Assembly (NCBI GenBank): GCA_044225175.1
Contig: JBGAJA010000002.1
Span: forward strand, 280,991-344,990
Length of the DNA stretch: 64,000 nt
Reading direction: 5' to 3'
Origin: Candidatus Omnitrophota bacterium
GTDB lineage: Bacteria > Omnitrophota > Gorgyraeia > Zapsychrales > Fredricksoniimonadaceae
Part shown: positions 27,001-29,011 of the stretch, piece by piece
Layout of the letters: each line of letters starts with the position of its first letter
How positions within the stretch are numbered: position 1 is the first letter of the stretch
Notes under the pieces: model-generated
What the model was told of the DNA's origin: nothing
Databases searched by the model: none
Seen by the model: only the letters and a program-made list of their open reading frames with translations
Translations under genes and position numbers: made by a program

Positions 27001-28430
27001 AGGATTGGCGTACAAGTCTTAATCAATTCATCGATTGGGGATTTCCCATTGAGTTCATCCAGGAAATTGTGACAAATCGGGAAGTTAAAGATTACTTTGT
27101 TAATTATCGAAAACCTTTCCCGATTTCAAGACATCAAGGAGGCTATTCCTGTTTAGAAATTGTGTTTTCAGGTATGGTTGGGGGCTTTTTATGTTATTTA
27201 GGAAAGTGGTGGGTTTTTGCAGCACATTTAATCTTATTTTGGATAGATGGCAGGATTATTCATTATTTCACCGTAAAGATTATGTCTGATCGATGGAACA
27301 ACAGGATTGAGAGCATCACACATTTTATTGAAAGAAAAAAGACTAAAGCCGGTTTTCAGGGTTTATGGCATGGACGCGATGATCTTATGGCAGATAAGAT
27401 TCACGATGAATTATGGTCAATCGAAGAGTTCATTTCTGAATATGGATTACGTATGCTACGAGTAGTTTTCATAATATATTGGATAGGGAAAATGGTAACC
27501 TGGCCTCCGAGTAGATATCTCTGGTGGTGCTTTGGCTTGGTTCTTATTGTTGGTACCGTTTTAATGATAATTGAAAAGATAATCAAATTAAGAATCTTAA
27601 ACAAACGGTTCCATGAGATTACAACTGATGTTTCTCCAATTGCAGCCATTGAATCTGGCTGGCCCAAATGGGTAGAGGCATTCATTGGTCTAATAAATAA
27701 AAAATTTGGTCTTCGTAAAACAGGCATGCAGCAGTATCAAGAAGCAGTTGAAATTCTTTCAATGAAATTTGAATCAATTTTAAGAAATCTTCCAGATCAA
27801 ACCAATTTCACAGTGGAGCAATTGCAGGAATCTTTTGCCCAACAAGATTTAAATAGTGATTTCGCGTCTCTATCTATTTTGTTAAAAGAGAATCTACTTC
27901 ATTTTCTTGATGAAGAAGGCCCCATTGATATGGTCGCTACGAAGACTTTCATCGAAGCCTGCCAGTTAGTTGGAATACGAGCTGAACTGGATTCTTTCTA
28001 TGCACAGCATGCAATACTGATAGGTCAGAATAATCAAAAGATGGTCGTTAAATTTGTCTTTGATGTGATTAATCACATCATGATTTGTTCTTTAACAGAG
28101 CACGAAGTGATTAGCATGAGAAATTCTGTTGCAGATATTGTTCGCTCAGAGACAGCCTTAGAATTGCGCAGGAAACTTTATGATTTAGGTGAAGGTGTGG
28201 GTTTCAGAATAGTCTATAGCCAGCTTTTTCAATATAAGATTCTTCAATTTAATGTCCAGGCTGTCATAGGTAATCTTGATCCAGAGAAACTTGCCGAAAT
28301 TTTTTTTGTACAGTACCCGGACGATTCTCGGGACTCTTGGCACGCGATTTCTAAGAAGGATGCTCAAGGGCAGAGAATAACGAAACCCATAAAAGATATC
28401 TCCAATCCTCAAGAGGCTTGGATCAGTTAG
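3..28430 (+). CDS. Giant multi-domain membrane protein, 5'-truncated (>9,475 aa). Modules: nucleotidyltransferase x2, PD-(D/E)xK-like, sugar transferase, MTHFR-like, SAM methyltransferases x2, ~100-aa repeats x7, GT9, HATPase-like, CPBP and M50 proteases
   Basis: The frame is open from nt 3 (PADIDIVAII...) to the TAG at 28428-28430, so the track's TTG start at 60 is an edge artefact. Motifs read directly: GSFLYG..TDLDV, LDEIPQVINI..MSLWGPRP, TGVAHLAEALGKP, EEVVFR..AHVIND, HELGH..GGPFAN..SDG. Confidence 0.93.
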   Translation, partial: PADIDIVAIINDNYSGKKRLKLKGEEISKKIFHSHYARFTDFVDVSFMTQRQLMEDWGVKTTLANFGIVLKAQDLWDEPLTHARKSHINRLEKAQDLLSESQRILDLNKPYITEGEEALGRVYSRFDQANLFLLKDYPQLALSENKMRKLAVEIRHYLDRSTRFAEKHAMLQSIQNELIESIYLARRELVRRELANLNIKAFQPSVNIRAGPRANLVPISIPAAVMLASIGLNPDPALAKAFIILAMIFFLFLIGKIIISFKNFSWRLHLRLPWTRVRTLTPKEMLETLEDIAMSYQKQWSRVSNQKLFFQRKTRALAKSIVRNTIRVISHTQAPQNNLKSAIVFIQRQFEPKEAGHNKSQIMYETLLLAFWKTVSQKTSMKDQGTNLIVWLDKYISMGLLYYAIIVQMKLLPIAIFSRYVLSRWRIYIEYKKEMNSHFRDDPELQKWVVTMQTMIQEGKKNIDIVNAIKKAPFAHISIDLYKDLLTSSYMNSRSFYLYSYLYIFEEIQRSSSSANREFNMRQTIGMVLGDEGLELFDYVTKRMGVQILFIERKDEDLNDPNFINLRERKVYLNQGSSFVMNAFRFLSLARFFLNHKSLGPYHFLVDVKADKLPLKFLWKLFRNRFKDPTIKDLFNKLTVKERRHYFFVLWHAMGMGTAVSWIKWDYTYLVVRKLKLLEQTSIFLSEIHLSKQRIQNINSDYSLSSPAPPKRLASKAMILPAIRLFIRRIHYLPYLAFISVIYVPIIAAIDWSRLRFLADPFIWLFNKLIELAEFLNLKELARILKKIAHQINEALQGVWHMVENWAMNVWEVIGPYIMNVAHAAEGLLHYLISPAAFMLGAVVIILTYFVTKLMFKFILRKSSERIVWVGATVNILKKLNNDPILKIIGIVANKISVWVGGLFFIGGAIAITTEALAFIGKHLLLRWDYLRGFKYKISLSDDSYKAFFKMIHEMFSRIQSHLPKDLNEDYRKLVVEQILKKEEEIKELMTQLITSGMRSMEENITSAAPVASLRNDHWINLILAPMDLLSKDINARLETWHSMGIPFTHVHFYFTCGSFFGMALLILIFLPREFIKIYVEDIKRLFRFIFTKRINSLSSELKKLRGLQDIDFTLEIAEKRLGRFTYVIKAYGQEFNTRLGVFTSVSKLFIRTFFNKPRPYLLPAPHISKAFSPGEDAKNIEEGSPSQSRDVDSRDKIQTTTVFMGSLSVMRAGPEIHSVDSINWTYELAHRYGPVLSHDLVLILGAFVLIVMLFFNRIITEWIFKFISKSNARILNKDSNPLKIRMTSIENHTIVIQYSRNKFTNIYRSTDNDVLLMDSQRRSKDIFVYKAAQAISIKEDQKLRHGDIEILVEPGSMVTIKNFGKKPIKIMTESELSLDDQDYFRRGTAVVLGGGYLLLVFNRILFDFNLIEVAGLTLALILFLVKRTDDDKPTKLNYLIYRILNRTENIINYIDDFFRRTNKKRFFLIPQFFRSWKPSTQSFNDDQIDFVVSYLHGLVASRKIFSENDLIWTYRLAKSCIQVRQIDRFVQEHLEKWARESRDLRVLSAIITGWIQAPQSRGGIDRLTQILIKTHGFSKKTVTSSLLMKIAKQGADQARYESVDDDVSDDRVPSYRKQLRDRSIYKHQRFGLQKKILRRVASIDVTRLKAFLEEELSNISSQKNSTQGCVKTIIVFGSFLYGTRREPTDLDVYVIVEGVEVKQLVKKTVNIPRYVFSDEYSRLTRFADLHFMNREELIRDIGFRTSAANVGIVLRGEGLRDEPLTNARSSDFNRLVRASTAMKHGMKMIESTVEHDRRYPDAIPVWRAKAWRRITESHLFIQEVDSSVTAHEDFIEELLYGMERYNEDPHKNHDDFQWQLKRTHALVIASLHYARMSLVWRYLRSVRPPQVPTIRHKRAFGITVLPVVLSGLFTAACSIIFIVRHQLSMEYESLVNIGARLEILIPILLLSGIFAVPFRRNSKKSAVIKIQGKPEEEYLLMLRFFFVNLLSINFRLMQITTQESPDRRKFRPIIKDLVNISRNFKERLSATQKAYDQESIPYKRNLLSSRIEWMTIMNTKLIRAWGLLTDKANGPAVSQILLFQADSLFKRYTQAHLKKVERDRIRLRSRHLDYPTGKGRIWTNVKENVDKLTRWAHTSTKISKGMEITSPQVIEISFKSRWQMNRSNGHALNSVMANQKKFQLIVETLQELEKQLITYKEKGSIDPPLLMQLFDPIVRLLDQFIGRDTKTIIEELELAASAWQTAEMLLKSKNWKWGMTTISWAKRFFEGRLKELQQQRIYYEQNKLLPTFGMTFERNASIFQRVVEIETDGKWNTTVITRLIKDLEPNQDPDIVLILNSLMDAQKHYVQGKRVRASKYLAEAKLRVGNSNLLYEFLMIYRDHVKGFILDGYLLKDAHHTGFIKAFEQFLLDHPQEVRFKAVWTYRFFQAVFVRFKVEAPKQKGKRVIKIPNPLFIWFSKLIETIESKGFFQLPKAEREKIPYQIAQELELDLPPTKVEETIKAVTSYIPNTQHLPIAANSVDQWLIDLGLQALNYSRNTLFNRRGTRIFIRALNLHVQQMQDVIEWIAEQSKLRGRIVYAKPTPNKTPEGEEIWHLISSKTYARLDPKDRKVYHKLENIPDPHLKWLGIDREDLRRTFTLEIARQAVELGKETGNQTMVDIYQPFLDWLQQSYRPDPNESSISMQEPFAYIEGNAIVMASIYSKLSPHLERRVQEHERLHLKHPTITDEMVICQKHAQAVLMDQIKTISTFKGTSFSSRDFQNKIKAILAYEGKSKEKVQKFIRVAIKTMAQLVQDNDQLQIFYGLLGEIIGVYQVLFSQNTVLEGLDLGDIKEINLELAINGKPREMDCVTSRALIEIKFQLTWYKLLEQIINNRKDGGSSYLASLEWESLGFGHIRKIIYFGYKDYGSMAQGLIEYLKNHPADLSHLKFTEEGFRFEISFQKLFDFLFSKEIQKAVQEENRRRSLVSYWQERSQAVFELIQRLAHRLSEEPKTLVIAVHQARKKDLAILRNLGKGVTSQSDSKEEFLSYRTSKYMQFFYTIWPKTLGHLKGIGMIPSEHESHVIIRNGDNQPKWTISLEDLRRALEDIYSLDTSSESVLSTEEVIDLVWVKYSEPTETLGLEAQRTWLLENKIQNQEWSLEEIDYRLEKLFEAIQMDELFNLEIDQLNIKKSIEQNGFLNLPEDKLIALASKIKEYHAHLQEFFDLLYQACERFNQMAQKERERHNRLGIYDRQRILLQVLLTWNPTDRYLRRKLAFISNLLGQQDQAEAILLGVRPRAEDDVIEAANVKLDMARHLYGQLKIDLMYRRSALGEILEEILSKSRQGRDILRTFILSHKKGSPIHKLSMVYSKLASFHELIGTIYNRLSMTAYLRKSQEYNLMAFQSMVHAVSLTVQALKMDSNNWHAIRKLPMILSLTQRTIQNLKITIQNSENIYKSLEELKKALGDLNIPSFQSHKARIDEIIQEKLEICLFYENLSGRFVAVTIEMLKKDLYTTQEDLIKAILANSELGKEDEIRRLEEVFRHRMRELDLIALDMAIIYFYFELEEELRDLEKLPAYLQMVTGLEKIQIRDIKDRVVNKKDFYALLGIEVTEKTTTEEEPQNILYNKTNIRHFLIQDPLRLEQLYERLQQLRGWMKYKEFQSLYDLYQQVKDKVTDFLNQGNDVIESSKKEVTPQLAKLRNLRVGPQGYVTQRQQLEQKIENVVRKVKEQLSQGKDQLMQYFKIIQEVEAIYKSKWIKEVKARIESAIKEMELLQHSQNKNYLSRWRYQELLNQRTHYDVILAPLFEHRGLLKEIHQIIQEVEGMLAQKDILNGHMSTWALMWQAIKESYEDVAFEDQAFVQISMSKFEMMIFAKKLRKTVKTNQDFDTLRKRHGELEKTYMLHNGIYLNPSTEYSFKEKEIKDLLSQWQQKYEEWMALPFDSKNFIPYALRVKVIYKELLESIKDIQEKIRILVNEKNSVLLVQIEDLEKFVNEFFVWIEGEILPTYKGHTRSKTNLHQFMKIFRNYIHSLKGILATDVDDKNYLRLVAQGTEKLNCLASLAVSLQVIYNEELGCIKNTLLKYVPRFETRSNEYDLAESFSASIFGVKQNHPSSLTYRISQAQSELRKWLNYKDGPMPYWEWSNVNFITLNVYLFLWSNNNSLPIPPLYEVVQKAYKDIVSRRLEVFQKNPNPLRKPMTTISILKGWRTIQGVLNRVLTNHIEGWSFLLIKRKFGDVFNKAQSIKENNAKKLSVHIWPLMLIGMGLTIGQQYGIYGIRAGAQSQYVLGSQQILFSVLGVLSGILALLVVGLILIFLSDIWRAFKDPNSKIYRILDVVLTVLMIPLWIPVSFLMGLYVFVLLKHHGSSQSVLFKQERIGHQDQPFMIYKFCSIINTSNGKEIVLKHLRKSGLDEIPQVINIFKRQMSLWGPRPVRQEDIDNGRYPDYSLEIRRRLPGYLSLFVLDRGAGDGHSPKDQKTIEAQGKRFQELSQREYEHWSPILAISLILEFGFYLLKFIVRLFGFGNKLRGPPSLIINDVKILPTLTPEDTLELPPPSDLKDKGFLTKSIFIKDQIQQGQLSTIVLPDFPYNSPILIRIFEWLDGDESIRELMDIVYGYIPSLKLFNHVSLITLLDEVRTWKPKNLIATIGAQTNTREEIQRRLFDAINHGATGVLVVSGGGAWRRIFTGIVSILNILSPLLITVFIARIIQRKYLSMDSMKILELISEMKQRGQIAQTITVWAVANPYRDSIKRIEHKIECGAQRILIQPPILWELFTSWWREAQTSKLKEKIIVGIPYIASLKSLEFWFFLMNIKTSNWPFFRNRLTQDAYNLQQQFIQVQKLGKKAEETFIEQWNADFKSRVHHLSGFIGGHHMPVMAWGRVGRKEINEMRDKLQTLLGTVIEWGGNSYSVDANMVVLHRVLSVLLRMIDEKKIDLKGTSALIERIFFIHTIAPNSSQLMIDPRPLYRNKKFIGRFDILFDLRQLGKLSVSALEKNIVMVLNINSQEVPSKALMLSDPAPISQSRILWQFNYAFWRNLKGHLDATGQDFDASIAGSPDSNDQYVEYLAKRFLIKLIAAIKQEPSQRYFFLEIGSAGAKFVQLFLTKLMAYVPQYGLSLKDIQEHFTYILADYSPQIIKKTQQEIGLQFKGVAIEYELLSTTNTIPQLKSKYGQRVLCAHSTNVYDNLYGDKVGKLNGRNYMVEVMVTLPEEGMVRIVKEFNLDKDAFQRDLREYLLVRKNVDEFLLVYQMLFIQREQPLQFCLFWQALWREIKLPARLVMMDDLRNDMTINTIPESGRIIHEALSKYKGNIEIFVPSQAIESGLNVLDLLHPEGIFEVTDIAVTRIEEYALDPRKAVPLFFDGSIVFWFNAALFAEFAKSHYQNFSMDVQSLKAFDKNKAHMSLTTMTVNCPPIAISLVGFIASIAFGITNFENFSYGFIGIVVIMGCLGALFSGSEKIKTNPNKIDLEVEQTTMIDTKGNIVKTSKRLKAQELRALPIGYRVTVIKKLDGFKAGFNFAGVNPWFYLGNCRGFTIKVEFEIRTQGPVIVDVKPIKDAKGHIIQEQDQLINGSSIEYDAKGNLVEFRANMSVSEFKRIPKDHRVVVVKKLCRLSGEFNFVRMNPRFIMGKYKNHMVRVHFEIRKDKAFIVNVELIRDAQGNVIKHQIINGSSIEYDAKGKLVQFRVNMSLKDFKKIPQGHRVIAFKKLEKTDGRFIFARTIWFYLIKYKQYTAKVEFFTHAKGNQTIQNVVLIRNTDGEVIPEIIPLKFQSKYRPMIREANWSVGRKGRAHKTTVMGTQREQDGYQTVSEREMIGVIETHIKTHFRNMNVPRVMRFLRELSEVPIQDRSEFIKRKAQAAHITIKNFEKVLRELRKHLSGLITGFDPPPATKAKRRGHVTFELLSVLTGALLSVLYLSVPLSRTTYVFNVFSAPSLFTLVLGLFFIRLIFPQRQDYSETIEEKVTVLNGAGDIIKIMKVIRNKELQALPEGYCIVVIKKLSKGLGCFSLAQSNLFYLSNYERFTVEVKIEKKGQELVLMDVKLLKDDQGNNIQKAEQFIEGSLIEYNKDGQVVRFWPMMRLKEFQKITPGHQMVVHRQLDALGGFTFAKPQRWFFLAEVAGYIVKVRFVMREHGAVIIDVKVIKDAEGNLLEDKDTILDGTAVEYDELSQIVQFWPNMDSTEFKSISNGHRLIVVKKLDSSDGGFSFAGVNSWFYLIGYEGYTVQVEFKIAQEGALIINVIPIRNAGGEFVEAKDRLIKGGVFEYDEQGELIKFWNSMTNKHFKNIPKGHRLFVTKNISKSNGQFRFAHVIWFTSTKHRNYTAKVCFYIDQNGNCRIESVNLIRDGKGNVIDEQAFPVATGLIYQHFSIEEQWTEDHKGRKHKTRIAGSPREENSYCIIAGRETTGIIEDYIRQHVDTIRIKVFMNFLRELGELSLKERRIAIQRRTRDWGITVEAFNLVLKGLRKHLLDIMSLAVVIINSKHLFSLHLSSGSSVHINHTIVDALGLKIHAGLVNFSCSLFATVDVMMSSLLGFMSPIRAGPTILGSFVGVDTIGLSVGIGLVALIVCLICVIHTGRVVTKRFKITSMIVSTLFLAVINFWFIAPAISKDSSIVLQLFINSIFFMIFRANTDFFMQSLSQRGFILKQTLFVLPAGFVMGILSGISLLFFNTALTLHESVGWLNVLLGLGWMTGFVFLTYFGVAVLPLLLGKEFKWKDLIQFKDMKAGAPIVATGTAIFSIIFTGFVFITKKVDNPIAYGIINALHIIGLLSIFRWRSMIYRTVVKWVQDGHSKDPPEIIWQTKGSLIVRAALLTFPVLEHYAAEIDSFINNIKIGTIVRYLRNLKKKAGSLSAEEENRFKKFLSTYGQSNTTLQTPLADSLLRTQIRRVIYIEYKDKLGNKTIQSSVMLHAIRRSFPHLKEIVVITEYPGLYDGQERLKTIEVDLVFLNHQTKLAQELAQLAKNASQNDLFISDSEGYLQYLHPRITRSFFCQADNFWDPRSEIFSKIRGADKKQNVIDNQARLRALGLEFEERFDYFYQDSRKLKGKGQVILTRAKGQWRYKFSKPVLIINPHAVFYGIQNWQPRWAALIKRLVQSNDYEIFLTSGTPDNAWDQRRLEEIKTLLARADINNRTYHILPPMTVGPLKAVLSAADAVITVQTGVAHLAEALGKPVIVWTDSPNGVGFLHEETALLRLVLDVDRNEKQPFRFKSIEEIVEETLRKCLELTDSPPSSVKILKSLAWPSMLFAGASGFTAVVLKAEGINFLFNAGFAMMSSLLGFMSPIRAGPVSNSNPFTNPYCQLLLVSLFLIAVLRAGIPCQNLIKFLLSAFFRKRITGLSWIKIGQFKKAIHLGKAVEYLKEQALYEEVKRTTKKGQRTSARWFALKAFPFAIFNKDGEPQLKLMGLSDYVKLYNLAWSMDYVYRLRGLVETVDARIRYDLGEYGFTDRVLDREDYTCKSITLQPLQDGTQDYEEQIIRLRCFISSIQDFVRSKIQNFDHITNMDHILMQLGQNIIQHSRIGILNVSAAFVDGQITMDITQCDVGRGIDLKEESQLRSQNIHQLASDIFNRYFNTRITLFSQGQKFKITGIDALGNLEGPIESFSEAKKGMKAEISFVVLKGGRRQARAHPTAPIIHRPPSGRRPVRSQTALSNVTGLIIIGILGLTATYARAGPVNVPKLSHQFPLNLAVGPNVWPIVIGLIFVVIFAVLIIVFLNRRKEIKHLSGLQEKLSPGRVDRGWAYMNLEVQTFIQETMAKASVQMGKPKILIIGVGGGRILYDMMYLFPGAEFSFINKHPIRISKEEFGEPFKGATSIREFLKYFARNETVHDVDQGLPYSSNSFDLVLVAQHTSMYFKDKLKVLSEIKRVLKKDAVGMVWGWLNSSKFKDEQGSDLLEKDVIESFNSQGDRYYILSYFYFIMVNLRPKNSFPALELIAQGRYQEWPGMAFRYYDTYQTNSKPQPSQTIAIDEKGVVLVHVLGSLPKEGTLYPNSYFDPLFYARKTPLPFLFRCPREIVEFSWNDALKFFHSDDSMAVLIPLSAYKGKDLINLWYTATSHFGPFEIPAGSSLVLPMKHKGNPNLEAIREKGIKIVFFEESMTFTRQTSLDLHVQNNGIYDAITQEIQQMGYKSYELLTRSVTGGLGYDTTFLDASSGIDYLDENTQEATTKIKEQMAQTLGIPSSKSTLEYPVGLITFMMEKMHRDFTDAGYLGTVKIQYKEFLNLARQAYQSLSPEQQSSPTGQRFLQYLSFYSLLLRINDQLKKNPLMPIEPMYDYSSPKRRTSKEIQRSKKRFISFVNKTYRLHFKADHLKTLEDYAQIFESILAKDESIKLAISGERESVANPLAEKDLKSRQISWLWTIGLISAASIFGLQLFIGSSIKDNTTILAIIYMVLIAPILEEVVFRIILFQRLFRPYFGVIVSTVISSLLFALVHLIVERLNVLDFITFFAFGTVYALAYEKTKKFWVPIMAHVINDGLINLCIFYGILDGTAGGISFVAFRGLILVIFVSWLMAGRGNFSKLFDKTSKVDSKLLRWYEQWDDSVKRKIRLFRKKVNIEDVIQERWLGKLESWQKKEILASLKQERKVLSKILGFMAVASAIVILLFVLSKVAISFDLPPMPLTPVFILVLYLTLITHELGHWLAGRWIQYHVKPSPYKKISIHLIPNPPYVAYVDFLPKTEFSPTPAQHILTFQGGPFANLILAMLCSPALAYLVYHGSLFSQLTIGLLLASNLVFFSMYLIKYPSISDGAIVKQTRGILKIVNSMMMLYENIGPLESIEDNDDNQFYLKMGGSIYALVKEDGKQSHADPSIELIYWANSLGIQEPIAVPFRIHGELIKTKTQEPCFVYQGKRYFLYKISNFPQELLIPEDDSLSETRNPLDQRSLNTYKLANVFKDLFIKLWRKFLRKKRSVEYPLDEAVSREHPVICFVLNFLREKDRDEMIMSLESRLTQRQVFLKENIVTADEFISQATVVIESVFELEQLIGHRHENLIGLLKRAYEDLKKGQKIKDWRTSLNQFIDWGFPIEFIQEIVTNREVKDYFVNYRKPFPISRHQGGYSCLEIVFSGMVGGFLCYLGKWWVFAAHLILFWIDGRIIHYFTVKIMSDRWNNRIESITHFIERKKTKAGFQGLWHGRDDLMADKIHDELWSIEEFISEYGLRMLRVVFIIYWIGKMVTWPPSRYLWWCFGLVLIVGTVLMIIEKIIKLRILNKRFHEITTDVSPIAAIESGWPKWVEAFIGLINKKFGLRKTGMQQYQEAVEILSMKFESILRNLPDQTNFTVEQLQESFAQQDLNSDFASLSILLKENLLHFLDEEGPIDMVATKTFIEACQLVGIRAELDSFYAQHAILIGQNNQKMVVKFVFDVINHIMICSLTEHEVISMRNSVADIVRSETALELRRKLYDLGEGVGFRIVYSQLFQYKILQFNVQAVIGNLDPEKLAEIFFVQYPDDSRDSWHAISKKDAQGQRITKPIKDISNPQEAWIS
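16380..19050 (+). repeat. Intragenic ~100-aa tandem repeats, in blocks of 3 and 4 copies
   Basis: Recurring IEYDxxG..F...M....F..I..GHR..V.KKL....G.F.F....WFYL......V.F. Near-identical DNA ATTAATGGxTCxTCTATTGAATATGAxGCCAAAGGAAA at ~16677 and ~16971. Confidence 0.85.
19544..21832 (+). repeat. 48-bp direct repeat pair (19544-19591 and 21785-21832) encoding MMSSLLGFMSPIRAGP
   Basis: 46 of 48 nt identical; both mismatches are synonymous (CCC/CCT, CGT/CGC). Confidence 0.92.
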
Positions 28431-28462
28431 TAAAAGGGCATTGCCCAGAAAGGACATTAGCC

Positions 28463-28831
28463 ATGTCAGAATTACGTCAAATCCCCCGATGGCAAATTGG
28501 TGAGAGAGCAAAGGTAACACTTAAAGAGCATGAGTGGGAGGGTAAGTGTTTGCTTGAAGACTTGAATCTTAAAGGATTCAAGATATCTTCGAAAGAAAAA
28601 CTGCCTGCAGACACAGTCTTTGAGATTAATCTAGATCTTAAAAGTTATTTAATTCTTGATGCTATTGTGAAGGTCTGTTGGAAGATGGAGCGTGAAGGTC
28701 GTTATCATTATGGGATGGAGTTTCTTAGAATCAAGGACCAGGACAAGCAGGATATTAGTCAGTATTTATTTAAGAATCATGCAGAACAAGTCAAAAATAT
28801 CTGGTGGTCTAGAGATGGGATTAAGGAATGA
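28463..28831 (+). CDS. PilZ domain protein (c-di-GMP receptor-like)
   Basis: RQIPR (RxxxR) and EDLNLKG (D/NxSxxG variant), plus a C-terminal YGMEF. ATG at 28463 follows AAGGA. Confidence 0.8.
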   Translation: MSELRQIPRWQIGERAKVTLKEHEWEGKCLLEDLNLKGFKISSKEKLPADTVFEINLDLKSYLILDAIVKVCWKMEREGRYHYGMEFLRIKDQDKQDISQYLFKNHAEQVKNIWWSRDGIKE

Positions 28832-28946
28832 GAGAGGTTCTTCTTTAATGTTTTTTAGGCGGATTCTTTCGATCTCCTAATCTGACAAGAAGTTCCCGCA
28901 AAAATATTCCCTAGATTAAATAAAGCCTTGCTAGTAATGGAAATCT

Positions 28947-29001
28947 ATAGAGGTTTGATTCATCAAAACCACTTAAAGGACATGATGAATCATACCCCTA
29001 C
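28947..29001. repeat. GTAG-type REP doublet (REPIN-like) between convergent genes; possible terminator
   Basis: ATAGAGGTTTGATTCATCAAAACC paired with inverted GGACATGATGAATCATACCCCTAC (reverse complement GTAGGGGTATGATTCATCATGTCC). Confidence 0.65.
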
Positions 29002-29011
29002 AAAAGTGTAT

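Noticed and set aside
2492-28520. Many 60-134 aa ORFs antisense or out of frame within the giant gene (likewise within mutL, mutS, the bio genes and the paralogs)
   Set aside because: Shadow ORFs with no recognisable motifs that overlap well-supported genes.
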